From the NCBI GenBank assembly GCA_000697335.1, contig JNEM01012718.1:56563-76562 (forward strand): DNA of 20,000 nt. Reading direction: 5' to 3'. Origin of the DNA: Conidiobolus incongruus B7586. Its lineage: Eukaryota. Below the pieces are notes generated by a model. It ran no database searches. It was not told the origin of the DNA and saw nothing but the letters and a program-made list of their open reading frames with translations. The position numbers and the translations under genes were made by a program. Positions within the stretch are counted from its first letter, which is position 1. Every line of letters begins with the position of its first letter. Of this stretch, positions 1 to 12,162 are shown in pieces.

Positions 1-368
1 TCAGTAGAATAACATTTTATTATATTAATTATTAAAAAGATATATAGTAAAAGTGTTGATATGTGGTATGATAGTACCTATATCCTCACTTTTTATATCA
101 GATTAATATCCTAAACGATTTAGACAAATTTATTCTAGTCTTATCTTAATATCATTGAATTAAAGGAAAGAGATTGAAAATTAATTAATATTATAAAGTT
201 TACCCCAATTTAGAAATATTCAATCGCACTATACTGTGTAAAATCAGAATCACTTTTCAACCAAATTAACACACACAATTTGTGTATCAAATTAATATTC
301 TCAAAGTTCTAATAGTAGAGAAAATACCCACTTTGATTTGGAATTAATAGCATCTGACTAGCTTTGAT

Positions 369-375
369 TATAAAA
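369..375 (+). promoter_or_regulatory. Possible TATA box of hexokinase
   Basis: TATAAAA about 55 nt upstream of ATG 427. Weak evidence given the AT-rich background. Confidence 0.25.
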
Positions 376-426
376 GTATAAATTAAATTTTGTCTCATTG
401 GAGAAATTACTTTTTACATAAATATC

Positions 427-1914
427 ATGTCTACCCCAAGTAAAGTAAGATCAACTCCTAGTCGCTCTAACAGTATGACTCAATTACAAGTAGTCCATCC
501 TACTCACTCTTCTCCACAGGACGACAGTGAAATTCCTATCCCCAAAGATATTGAACAATCTTTGAACTCCAAAATCAATGAAATTGTAGAACAGTTCACG
601 CTATCCAAAGAACAGCTTAAAGGTATTCAAGATGCTTTTATCATCGAAATGAACAAAGGCTTAGATAAGGACGGCCAAGACCTCCCCATGATTCCTACCT
701 TCGTCACTGGCAGACCCACTGGTGAGGAAGTCGGTTCCTACTTTGCTATTGACTTGGGTGGTTCTCATCTCAGAGTCTGCTTAGTTCATCTCAAAGGTCC
801 TGATCACGACACCGAAGTTATCCAGAGAAAGTTTGTTGTTCCCGAAGAAATCAAAGCTGCTGAAGCTACTCACTTATTCGACTTTATTGCTGAACATGTC
901 GAATCCTTTTTAGTCTCTACCTCCGTTACAGCTCCTAAGGGTCAATCCATTCCCCTTGGTTTCACTTTCTCCTTCCCTGTCAATCAAACTGCCATCAACC
1001 GTGGTAGACTTATGTTCTGGAACAAGGGCTTCACTTGCCCTGGTGCCGTTGGTAAGGATGTTGTTCAACTTTTACAAGATGCTTTAGATCGCAAGCAAAT
1101 CAACGTCACTGTTTCTGCTATTGTCAACGACACTGTTGGAACTTTACTTTCTTCTGCTTACAAATATCCCAACACCCTCGCTGGTGTCATTTTAGGTACT
1201 GGTACCAATGCTGCCTACTACGAAAAACTCAATAACCTCACCAAATGGCGTGGTGACACTTCCATCAGCGAAGAAATGATCTTGAACATGGAATGGGGTA
1301 ACTTTGACACTGAAAAGAAGTACCTCCCCTGTACTTCCTTCGACAATCACTTGGACAGAGAAACTCAAAACCCTTACCAGATGGTTTTTGAAAAGATGAT
1401 CAGCGGCAGATACTTGGGTGAAATTGTCAGAATTGTCTTGATCCATTTGATTGATCACAGAATTTTATTTAACGGTAAGAGTACATCAATTCTCAATACT
1501 CCCTACAGCTTTGCCAGTAGCTACTTGAGTGACATCCATGGTGATGAATCAGACTCTCTCACCAAGACCAAGCACATTCTCGAAGACCTCATTGGTTTCC
1601 CTGCTAAATCCACAACCCTTTTCGAAAGAAGAGCTGTCCAAAAGATCTGTAAAGCTGTTGGTATCCGCTCTGCCAGATTAAGCTCTGCTGCTTTAGCCAG
1701 TTTATGCTCTAAGAGATTAGACTTAGTAGCTGAAGGTGTTACTATTGGTGTAGATGGCAGTTTATTCGAACACTACCCCAACTATCCCCAATACATGAAG
1801 GAAGCTTTGACTGAATTATTAGGTGAAACTCATGCCAGAGGCATTGAATTAGTACATGCTACTGATGGATCAGGCATTGGTGCTGCTATGACAGCTATGA
1901 TTGCTTCCCAATAG
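427..1914 (+). CDS. HXK: Hexokinase (fungal Hxk/Glk family), intronless, 495 aa
   Basis: Uninterrupted ORF with hexokinase motifs LPMIPTFV, AIDLGGSHLRV, LGFTFSFP, IVNDTVGT (catalytic Asp), GVILGTGTNAAY, NMEWGNF, FEKMISGRYLGE, GVDGSLFEHYP and DGSGIGAA. Codon bias is strongly C/T-ending. Confidence 0.97.
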   Translation: MSTPSKVRSTPSRSNSMTQLQVVHPTHSSPQDDSEIPIPKDIEQSLNSKINEIVEQFTLSKEQLKGIQDAFIIEMNKGLDKDGQDLPMIPTFVTGRPTGEEVGSYFAIDLGGSHLRVCLVHLKGPDHDTEVIQRKFVVPEEIKAAEATHLFDFIAEHVESFLVSTSVTAPKGQSIPLGFTFSFPVNQTAINRGRLMFWNKGFTCPGAVGKDVVQLLQDALDRKQINVTVSAIVNDTVGTLLSSAYKYPNTLAGVILGTGTNAAYYEKLNNLTKWRGDTSISEEMILNMEWGNFDTEKKYLPCTSFDNHLDRETQNPYQMVFEKMISGRYLGEIVRIVLIHLIDHRILFNGKSTSILNTPYSFASSYLSDIHGDESDSLTKTKHILEDLIGFPAKSTTLFERRAVQKICKAVGIRSARLSSAALASLCSKRLDLVAEGVTIGVDGSLFEHYPNYPQYMKEALTELLGETHARGIELVHATDGSGIGAAMTAMIASQ

Positions 1915-2140
1915 TATGTATAATTCAAAATCATGAATTTTGTTGCAATAGTATTAATATCTTATGAAAATATTTAGTAGAAAAATAAAAAATAATAATC
2001 ACTGTGGAATTAACTGTATCACCCTTTGAGTTCCATTAGCTTGACTAGGTCTTGGACTTTATTGACTTTTAGTGCACCCTCTGATTGATTTCTTAATTTT
2101 GGATTATAGCAACATGGCAGATATTGATTATTTTTCTATT

Positions 2141-2160
2141 ATTAATTAATTAATTAATTA
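2141..2160. repeat. (TAAT)n microsatellite
   Basis: attaattaattaattaatta. Confidence 0.6.
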
Positions 2161-4902
2161 CATTTGACTGAATAAATTGTTTATTCATCAATATGACCAA
2201 CGTCTAAAATTTCGTAATAGATTAAGTGGATAATAATATAACAGTATTTTGATAAATATCAAAAACAATTTTATCACATAACAATAATCCAATTAAATTT
2301 AATTTAGAATAAATTTAATAATATCTCCCATTATTACTTGGGAAATAGAATTAAATTAGTTGTAAGATTTTCCGCAATTGTTTAAAATTTCTATTATTAT
2401 AAAAAATATAAATATATAAATTTTTATTCTCACCTAAATAATATTACTTAAAAATGATTTCATTTATTATCATAAAAAACTCTTTTTTTACTTTTCTTCA
2501 AATATATTTTATAAATATTAGTATAAATAATTTATAAAATATTAATAGTATTATTATTATTATATTTTTTGTAAAAATTAATTTTATTTAATAAATTTCT
2601 TTTCAGTTTCGGAGAATATAATTAAATTAATGCATTATTTAGACATATAAGATCTAGAATTTTAATGCTAATATTTAATTAAATATGTCAATAACTAGAA
2701 AAATTTTAATATTAAATAATAATTTGTTTTAAAATTTAGTTTATAAATAATGGTAATTGAGATGAAAATCATATTAATATAGTAGTAAAGTTATATATCT
2801 GATTATTATTATAATTTATATATATGATAATGAAATTTCTCAGGCATTGTACTTTTAAATAATGGAAAAATGTTATAATTCCTAATACAAATGTTGAAAA
2901 AAAAGTTTGCAAAATTAATTAAATTCTCTATTTTACCAATTTTATAAAATATAATATTAATTCAAGTCTCAATATTTTAATATATAGCGTTGAATTAAAT
3001 TCATAATAGTTTTTGATATTAATAATTTAGATTATATATTATAAAAGAATATCTTCCACAAACTTCATTAATATTCCAATTTTTCAAATTAAATTTGCAA
3101 TTATATCTGATGATGACTAAATTCTATATCAGTACAATTAATAAAATTATGCAGATTTAAAAATAATTATTATAAGATGCAAATATTGATAGATATTCAC
3201 AAAATAGACTAATTGTACTATATAATTCTCTACTTACAGTTTATCTACAAATTAACTATCTTAATAAATATATTTAGATTAAGTTCAGATTTTATTATTT
3301 GATTAAAAAAATAAATATTACTTTATGAAACTATGATAAAAGATAGTATTTCAAATGTTTATTAAAACAACCAAAATGATATTGGATATTGAATTTTTAT
3401 AAATTGATATTTAATAAATGATTAATATATATGTTGAGATGCCTTGAATCGTTGTATATAATTAAATTTTGATATCATCAAATTTCAGTAATGAAATACT
3501 AATTTTGCTATTAAAATATATTGTTTTATTTATATATTAGAATGCTAGTGACTAATCAATAGTTTCCAAAATAATTATTAATTTATAAAATTTTTTTTCT
3601 ATATTAATCGAAATAAAAATATTCTTTGGCATTTTTTTTTAAAATAATATATGGTTATTATAATAGGGCATTTATATTCTCAAACCTTATTATTGATAGA
3701 TTTTAGGAAAATATATGGTTGATTAACATACATATCTGATGTTTCACAATTATTTTTTTCTTCAAGATTTGAGTCCGTGAATAATATGAGTTTTTTAATT
3801 TTAAATTTAATTATATTATCCATACTTTTGGGTTCAGAATTTATACTATTATATTACAAGTTAGTAATATCTTTGGATTATTATTTGAATATAGCTTATT
3901 AATTTGATATATTTTAGTGCCAAATCATATGGGTAATGAACTAATATTTTAAAAAGGAGAATATTTAATGATCATACATAAGATTTTAATTGGAAGTCAA
4001 GTAATATTTGGTCCATTCTCTTATAAAATGTCTATGAAATATGATATATCATTAAACAAATATGTATATAAGTATCATTTATATAGTATATTATAATAAT
4101 CAATAGCTATTCCAATTATTCCACATATTTCAAAACTAAAAAATCGAAGTTATTTTTAATCTATACTAGAATACAAACACGAAATTGTAAATTATATTAT
4201 AATATTTGTAAAGAAATCATAACGATATTTGAAAAATTGAAAATATTTCTGAAGTATTATTTTAGATTTTGATTATACTCAACTTTTATAAAATAAAATA
4301 TTAATTGTTTAAGTATTAAGAAATGATTTTATAATAATATTTTAAAATCGAGTAGATGAAGAGATTTCTAATGCCTTTATTTATAACAATACTATTTATC
4401 AACATAAACGATGTTCAATTATTTTCAAACTATAGCATAGCTGTTATATGTTATATTATATTTTACTTATTAATCTATCAATAAAGGAATCAAAATAATA
4501 TTTTGCATTTCTTTAGGTAGGTAAATTAAAACATTCATATGAAATCCTTATTACAGATATTATTTATAATTTTATATTAATATGAACTTTATTAAAGATA
4601 TATAAAATAATATTTTTCAATCTTTGATATTTAATCTTCAAAATATAATCAAATTGAATCCCATAAGCTGAATATATAAAAATTTAATTCAAATAAATAA
4701 GTTGATATGGAGTAAATCAAAATAAATATAATTCATAATAATATAAGGTATAATTATATACAAAAATAAAGCAGTAAAATTATAATATTATTATCAAGTA
4801 TAAATAATAATTTCGCACTATATATATTTGCAATCAAATAACATTTTGATTTTGAGATCTAACTTTGATTAATTTTTTAGTTATATTTTATATATAAAAA
4901 AA

Positions 4903-5578
4903 ATGAAACTTAATTTATCTAAACCTGTTGCCTCTAACAAATCTCCCTTGGTTTATCTTTTTTATAATGTCCTTGAAAAACAAGCTATTGTAACTAGATT
5001 CCCTTATATTAAGGTAATTAACTTATTATACTTTTATATTATTTTTATAATTAATTATTTAGGAACATAACACTTATCAAATTGGTACCATTAGTCCCAA
5101 AATAAGAAAGGATCACTGGAAACCCATTTTAGTTATCAGTGGATTTACTCAAGAAAAAACTGCTGATATTGTATTCCACAGCTTAGCCACTTACCCCAAA
5201 GAATTACGCGATGAAAGCTGGAAGACTTTACCCAAAAATTTAAAGGTTGCCGCTTTAAAGAACCAAATTGAACATAAAATAAGTGCTACTTGCCGAGTTT
5301 TGGAAGATTTACCCAACTACATTCAAGACACTCAGGTTTTTCCCGAGCCCATCGCTAAGGATGACTTAAAATTGACCTGTTATTGGGAAACAGATTACTG
5401 GAAGAATTTAATTGAAAAATACAATCTTCAATGGCCAGACTATATCTCTCATGATAAATTAAAATTAATTAGAGGTAGATCTATTGCCAACGAACAATTT
5501 AGAACTGTTCAATCCGGCTTCGGTAGATTGAACGAAATCAACAAGCTTTTAAAAGATCGTAAAGAACAAACCGCTTAA
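4903..5578 (+). CDS. MHR1: Mhr1 / mitochondrial ribosomal protein mL67-like, 2 exons (4903-5013, 5063-5578), ~208 aa
   Basis: ATG at 4903. A 49-nt phase-0 intron (GTAATT...TTTAG, 5014-5062) joins it in frame to the 5300-5578 ORF. The protein MKLNLSKPVASNKSPLVYLFYNVLEKQAIVT...KIRKDHWKPILVISGF...ALKNQIEHKISA...TCYWE...QWPDYISH resembles remembered Mhr1 family motifs (VYLFxN, RxDxW, NQ..SIA, I.W, WP..V.H). Not confirmed by a search. Confidence 0.72.
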
Positions 5579-6018
5579 ATTATTAAACTTTATCTAAATT
5601 AATAGAATTACAATTATTTGAATATTATTTTATTAAATTTTATATCTTATAAATTTTTAAAATTTATTAAAAGATATATACTATCAAAATTTTTCTAATT
5701 ATCATCAATTTAGAGTTAAAACCTAGTTTACTGCCTATTTATTTAACAAAATCCAATTTTTTCACATTATTGATATAATCTTCAAAATTAATACTTGTTT
5801 TACAAAAGTTTCTTAAAAATATATATATATTGATTAGATGTTAATACAAAATAAAAGATGTAAATCCCATAATAAAAAAATATTAATGATATTATTATAA
5901 AGATAAGTAATTAAGTTAAAGAAAAAATATAATTGAATAAACTTCCATAAAAATTTAAAATTATTAAAAAATTATTAAAATAAGCAAGAAGTAAATAATT
6001 CAATAATATTTAATTATA

Positions 6019-7316
6019 ATGAGCGTTCAAACCAACTCAGATTTATTTCACGATGAATTGATTCACGATGTCGAATATAATTTTTATGGTGACAAGTTGG
6101 CTTCAGTTAGTTCGGATTGTAAGGTTAAAGTTACAGACCTTCAACCTGATGCAGAATCTAAAATCAATGATTATTGGAAAGTAAGAGGTTTTTAAGTATT
6201 GGTAGAATAAATTAACTGAGGAAATTTGTTAGGCTCACTCTGCCCCTATTTTAAGGGTTGCTTGGACAGATCCACAATTCGGTCAGATTTTAGCTACATG
6301 TTCATTTGATAAACTTGTAAAAATTTGGGAAGAACAAGATCATGGTAATTATTTCTCAATTTTATAAATAATAATACCTGTTTATTCATCATTCTTTATT
6401 TTTTTATTTAGAACCTAAAAACTCTGGTAAAAGATGGATTGAACGTGCTCAACTCGTCGAAAGTAAAGGTACAGTTTACGATATTGCATTCTGTCCAAGT
6501 CACCTGGGTCTCAAATTGGCTGCTGCATCCTCCGAAGGTATTGTCAGAATTTACGAAGCCATGGATGTAGTTAACCTCGCAAGTTGGACGGTAATGGAGG
6601 AGTTCCATGTTAATGGTGTTGAAAATCAATCAGTTTCAAATCCTCATGAGACTGAAGTACGCTATTGTTTGTCATGGTGTCCATCATATGTACCCTCCGG
6701 CTATCTTGCCGTCGGTTCCGGTACTTTCAACTCAGTTAAGATTTTCCAAAATGAAGGCAGCGCTTGGAATAATGTTCTAACCTTGGATGGTCATCAAGGA
6801 ATTGTCAACGATGTCGCTTGGGCGAATACGATGGGCAGACCATACCATCTTATCGCAACTGCATGTCACGACGGAAAGGTCAGAATTTATCAAGTAACAT
6901 TACCAAGCAAATCTGAAGGATTATCTACACTTCCTTCCTCCCCTCAACCTTCTAATGAGCAACATCACTCCGCTCTTGCATCGGGTTCACCCACACCACA
7001 GCCTTCTCTTTTACCCCCTAAACACACTTCCCAACTCGTTGCTGAGTTTGGCGATCACCAAGCGCCAGTATGGCGTGTCAAATGGAATATTACAGGCACA
7101 GTACTTTCATCATCAGGTGACGATGGTAAAATTCGCCTCTGGAAGTCCAACAATGCTGGAGTTTGGAGATGTATCTCGTCCGTCAGCTTAGATAACAATA
7201 TTCCTTCCAACACATCTATGCATAACAATCCAGTTGCAAGTGGTAGTATTTCAATTTCCAACTCTCAAAATAACATGCATTCAATGAATGTTATACCATT
7301 ACCAACTCATGACTAA
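6019..7316 (+). CDS. SEH1: WD40 nucleoporin / SEA(GATOR2) subunit Seh1, 3 exons (6019-6180, 6233-6344, 6412-7316), ~392 aa
   Basis: GT-AG introns at 6181-6232 and 6345-6411. The spliced protein has [95 protein letters not shown] and VWRVKWNITGTVLSSSGDDGKIRLWK, which are Seh1 hallmarks. Confidence 0.93.
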
Positions 7317-7920
7317 TTTACTTTTTTGATTCAATGAATCTATATTGGATGGATATCGAATTAGGAAGATATTGAATTTTAATTTAATCGTTGTCAACTA
7401 ATATTTATATTACCTTTTGAATAAATTTCAATACTCTGGTTAATTTATGAATTAATTACCAAAAAATTTTTTATCCTTATATTTGTAATATGGTAAATTA
7501 GATTTTGAAATAACTTATTCGAATAATATGTTTATAATTTGAAATTTTAATTTTTAATAATAATCATTAAGTAAAATTGGAAAAATAAACAAAAACATAA
7601 TTGACTAAATCAAACTTAACATATTATACTATTGATTAATTTAGTTTAATTCAAATAATTTACTAATTTATTTTTAAAATATTTTTAAATATTACAAATA
7701 TTGTTAGCTAAAACATTTTATTTGTTCTATAATACCAAATAATCGTATTTAATTGACTTTAAGCATTAATAATTAGTTTTATTTAAAAATCATTAAATAT
7801 ACTAATGATAATGAATTCGCAATTGTATAACTATATATCATATTAATTAGAATCGAAATAAGCAAAATTAACTGATAGATATTTTGTATCAATATATTAA
7901 ATATTTATGACCCGATGATT

Positions 7921-10685
7921 TTAATCATTAATCTTTAATTTTTTAGCCTGCTGGTCTAATTGATTTGTAGCCAATTCAATATTTTGTAAAGTAGATACAT
8001 CTACAATTCGATCAAGTGTCCACTTAATGAGGAGTGGAATACTGAAGCAAATATGAAGTACTTGGGTCAATTTTTCGGCTGGTAGAGGTTCTAAAGCCAG
8101 TGGTAAAATGTCACCATCTTCCAAGTGATTAGCTAAAGTGGTCATCATAACAACTGGTAGAGGCGTGTCTTGAGGGATTGTAATATTCAATGTGATATAA
8201 TGCTGTTGGTTGGGGTGGAGGAAAGTGATTATTAAAGATTCTGGCGGGTTGATTGATGATACTTCAATTTGGATAGCTCCTAAATAGATAGTTTCAAATA
8301 TTAAAAACAAGCCATTGATTTTAAATTAATTATATATACCTAAGTTGGTATCAATTTCCGCATTTTGTTTTGTTTTATCTAACCAGGGCCTAAATGTATT
8401 GGTATTGAAGCAACTTTGAAACAGTCGATTGAAAGCGATTTGCTGTCTTAGTAACTAATTGTTGGAGATTAGCAAATAGAGTATATTTGATATTATAAGT
8501 CAGATAAAATTACTTGAATAGTACTATAAACTTGATCCAATCTCTGGAAAGGAATTCTATAAATTGTATAAGATCCACATCGATCTCCAGTAAAGCAATA
8601 ATTTTGAACAAATGGACTATTTTTAAATCTCTAAGATGTCCAAAGATGAGTATATTATTATATTAAAATGTATTTAATAAAAACATACACCAATCCAATG
8701 CTTACTCTCAGCTAAATAATCATTACTATAGTAATTTACTTGATTATCTTGTTCAATAGTTTCTTTAATCTATCACAATGTTAGATAAAAATATATGTAT
8801 ATAATAATATACTAGAATTACTAATAAAGATTGAAGTGAATCCATTCCAAAAGAGCCACTATCAGCTGATGGTTGATCATTTATAAGTGTACCAGAAATC
8901 TGAGCGATCCTTTTGGTAAGTACCTCGGAGCAGTGCACAGGTGGGTTGAGTACCATCACGTACTGCAAAGGGGCAGCCATATTCTCCATTCCAGGATATT
9001 GAACAATCATTTGAAGAGGATGAGACATTAAAGGCGTGATTTGGAAAGGTTGTGTGCTAAAAGTACTAAATGGGTGTTATATATTAAATAGCAAAATAAG
9101 AATTGAAAATATTTACTTAGGATCTAGAGATGTGATATTAGGATTCTTTTCATCGAATATAGATCCTTTAATATTTTTGGGCAAGAGCACCATGGGAGTT
9201 TTGGATAACTGAGTAGTAACGTGTATGCAATAATAGTTATCTTTGATATATTGTTCTAAATATTTGAATGAGTAAAATAACAATGATTATTGAAAAAAAT
9301 AATTACTGTCAGAAGAATCGACTAAATCTTGAGATTTCTGATATTTTAATTCCAAGTTTTTGAAACCGTAAATCAATGTAAGTCCCATCCAAAGATGATC
9401 TCTGAGTGGAATACCTATTCCTAAGTTAAGTAATTGATTTAAATCACCACTGGAAATCACCCTGAATTATTGAACGTTAGCACTGAGAATTTTACTAGAA
9501 ATGAATAATCAACTTACAATTCCTGGTTGTAGATAGTGGTGAAATCATTATACAAAGCAAGTAAATTATGAAAGAGATCGATATTAGGGAATTGATAGTT
9601 CAACTGGTCAACTGCAAGGAGAAGCTTGAGATTAAATCGAAATGAATCCATATTTCCTTGACTATATCAATATAAAAGTTAATATATTTTTCAATTTACT
9701 TTATATCAATTAATTACGCTAAATCTTCATAAAATGGTAACTTATGCTAAAGTGATAAATTTAATTTAATTAAGCTGAATTGGCTTGAAAAATTGGATTT
9801 ACCTTAGATTCTTCATTCTGAGTTTCAGCATAAGCAACGTTCACTTTATTAACTTCACCTTTTTGATTTAAATCAATCTAAGCATAACTTATTAGCCAGT
9901 TATTATAAAATAATTAAGATTATTTACATCGATCACAATATAATGACCTGACAGAGTAATAGTAGCTGAATCATTTTGGTCAATATAATAATGGATTCTA
10001 ATTTACACATTCATTAGTATTTTATAGATTAATATGATAAATTTATATATACTGGCACTCTTCAGCAATTCTTTCGATACTATTGATATAAAATGGAAGA
10101 CCAATTTGATTGGGTTGAATATTACTCAATAGACCATATTTCACTTGACCTAAGGCATGTTTAATATTAAATATTCTACTTCCTAATAATGCTTCATTCT
10201 ATTATCAGAATTAATAAATATTCAGCAATTATTATTAATATTGATTACTTTTAAATTGTTATAAATTTCTCTGGTAGGTGGCATCGTTTCACCCTGAGGT
10301 ACGTTTAACAGCCTTTTAATTAATTCCTTGTGAGCTTGAACAATTTCTCTAATTTGATTAATTTGAGTTTGAATATTATGCTGAATTCCATCTAAATCAA
10401 GTGGTCCCAAAGGATGAGCCCCTAGCAAAATTTTTAATAAATATATTAATATTAAAATAATTAATAAACCTTACAGTGAACTCTCCCATATTCGTCTAAT
10501 CCTTCCACCTGTTTCGCAATTTGCTGACCTAATAACTTTAGGTGATCCACACCAGGTCTCTCGTTGGGAAAGATACCCAAGTGTTCGTTCAAAATAAAAG
10601 GATTAGAGTCGTTTAAATTTTTTAAAGTTTTCTTTAAATTAAATAATTTATTAAATATTGAAATGGATTTATAAGGGTCTGTCAT
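7921..10685 (-). CDS. MED1: Mediator complex subunit 1, 14 exons, ~685 aa
   Basis: Manually spliced exons: 10685-10475, 10421-10249, 10198-10053, 9997-9928, 9877-9803, 9746-9718, 9661-9518, 9461-9307, 9255-9117, 9065-8822, 8769-8689, 8630-8514, 8454-8340, 8279-7921. Total 2058 nt in one open frame; all 13 introns are GT-AG and ~49-60 nt. Motifs TITLSGHYIVIDID, RIPFQRLDQVYSTIQLLRQQIAFNRLFQSCF and LTQVLHICFSIPLL resemble Med1 (cf. human LIRHQVAYNTLIGSC, VVQRCMSIP). Confidence 0.85.
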
Positions 10686-12082
10686 ATTATTTTATAGATT
10701 GAATATTTAATTTCCAAAAACACGTCAAATGAATTGATTTATAATGAATTGAAATTTAATTTTCAAAGTTATGGGAATTCAATTGAATATTTTGAATTTA
10801 TAAAAAAACAATTGGGATAATAAATCACATCTATTTGTGTTTTTCAATATTATGAACAATATAAAAAAGACTTATATATTAGTTACAATATTTATAATTT
10901 ATTATTTATTATTTAAACAATCTTTATTTGTAAAAATTGATAAAAGCCACATTCAATAAAAATTATTTCGAATTTTATTTCATTTTATCAATATTAATAT
11001 AATTGAATAATATTGAAACAACAACATTTAATAATTGTCTGATACTATATGATAATATCTAATAAATAGGATAAGATAGTTTTATTTGAGTGCAATAATT
11101 TTCTAATAGAGTTTAAATTTGATTTATTTTTATGAATATTACGATTGATGAATAATCAATTCATTTATTAGCTGAAGGATAATTTTTGATTATTGATTTA
11201 ACTCAAGATTGTTAGCGCTTACAAGATAGAATATTAATAAATAGACAATAATATTATTATTACTTGGATGAATTTGCTATTTTTGATATATTGCTAAATT
11301 GTGTGTTGTAAGCAATAAATTATTGTTTTACAGATTTACTGTTTATTCAATATAACTGATGCAAATTTGATATTTTACAAAATATGTTATTATCGAATTT
11401 CAGATATTTTAAACTTAATATTAATAAATTATTTTATAAATATTGTCACCTTTATATTTTGGTAGATATTATTATATATCATACTAAAGGATTTGGAATC
11501 AATATATGAATAGAATAAATATTATAAAATTGATTGATTGTTATTGGAATTTAGCGAGTTGAATCATTTGTAATTCAATATTGATAACTATTTGATTGAT
11601 AAAATTATTTATTTTCATTAATTAGCTTTAACACTAATATAAATGTGTTATTTATCCCATTATCCAAAAAAAGGTTCTAGAAAAATAAACCAACTTGATA
11701 ACTAATAATTTATATATAATATTTCACCAATAAAGACATGAAAAATATGATTTTCCATGCAAATTACATTAATTTACCTTAATTAAAAAAGATCGTCACA
11801 AATAAGAAATCAAAGAATGCTATATTGATGTTAAATAAAATTTTATTAATGGTATTTTGCGTTAATTATTACTATAGAAAACTATATATAGCTTATTTCT
11901 ATTAATACAATGATATATATAGCCTAGGTGGTTCTTGGTTATGAAAAAAAATTACCCATTAGTTAGATGTAAGCTTGTAAACTTATGGATTGATATAAAT
12001 TTGATTTTCTAAATTCGCTAGATTTATACTCAGTTTCGAAAATCAATTTCATGCCTTAAGATGGTCAAAATATCAACTCAAT

Positions 12083-12090
12083 TATATAAA
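12083..12090 (+). promoter_or_regulatory. Possible TATA box for the small secreted protein gene
   Basis: TATATAAA about 75 nt upstream of ATG 12163. Confidence 0.3.
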
Positions 12091-12162
12091 GACTAGTTAC
12101 TATTAAAATATCTAGACCGTTGCTTAATTTTTGTATTTACTATTTTCGTTTAGTCATTGGCA

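Noticed and set aside
273..285. ACACAA-T-TTGTGT inverted repeat upstream of hexokinase
   Set aside because: 6-bp arms are too short to distinguish from chance.
1192..1458. 88-aa minus-strand ORF
   Set aside because: Antisense shadow of the codon-biased hexokinase.
6408..7261. ORFs 6408-6629(-), 6955-7191(+) and 7055-7261(-)
   Set aside because: Overlapping alternative frames of SEH1 with no independent evidence.
8822..9445. LxxLL motifs in MED1 (LNQLL, LQSLL)
   Set aside because: Expected by chance in a Leu-rich helical protein and not at the metazoan nuclear-receptor box position.
11255..11350. F-box-like remnant (YYLDEF...LCVVSNK)
   Set aside because: Requires a frameshift and is too short and degenerate to support.
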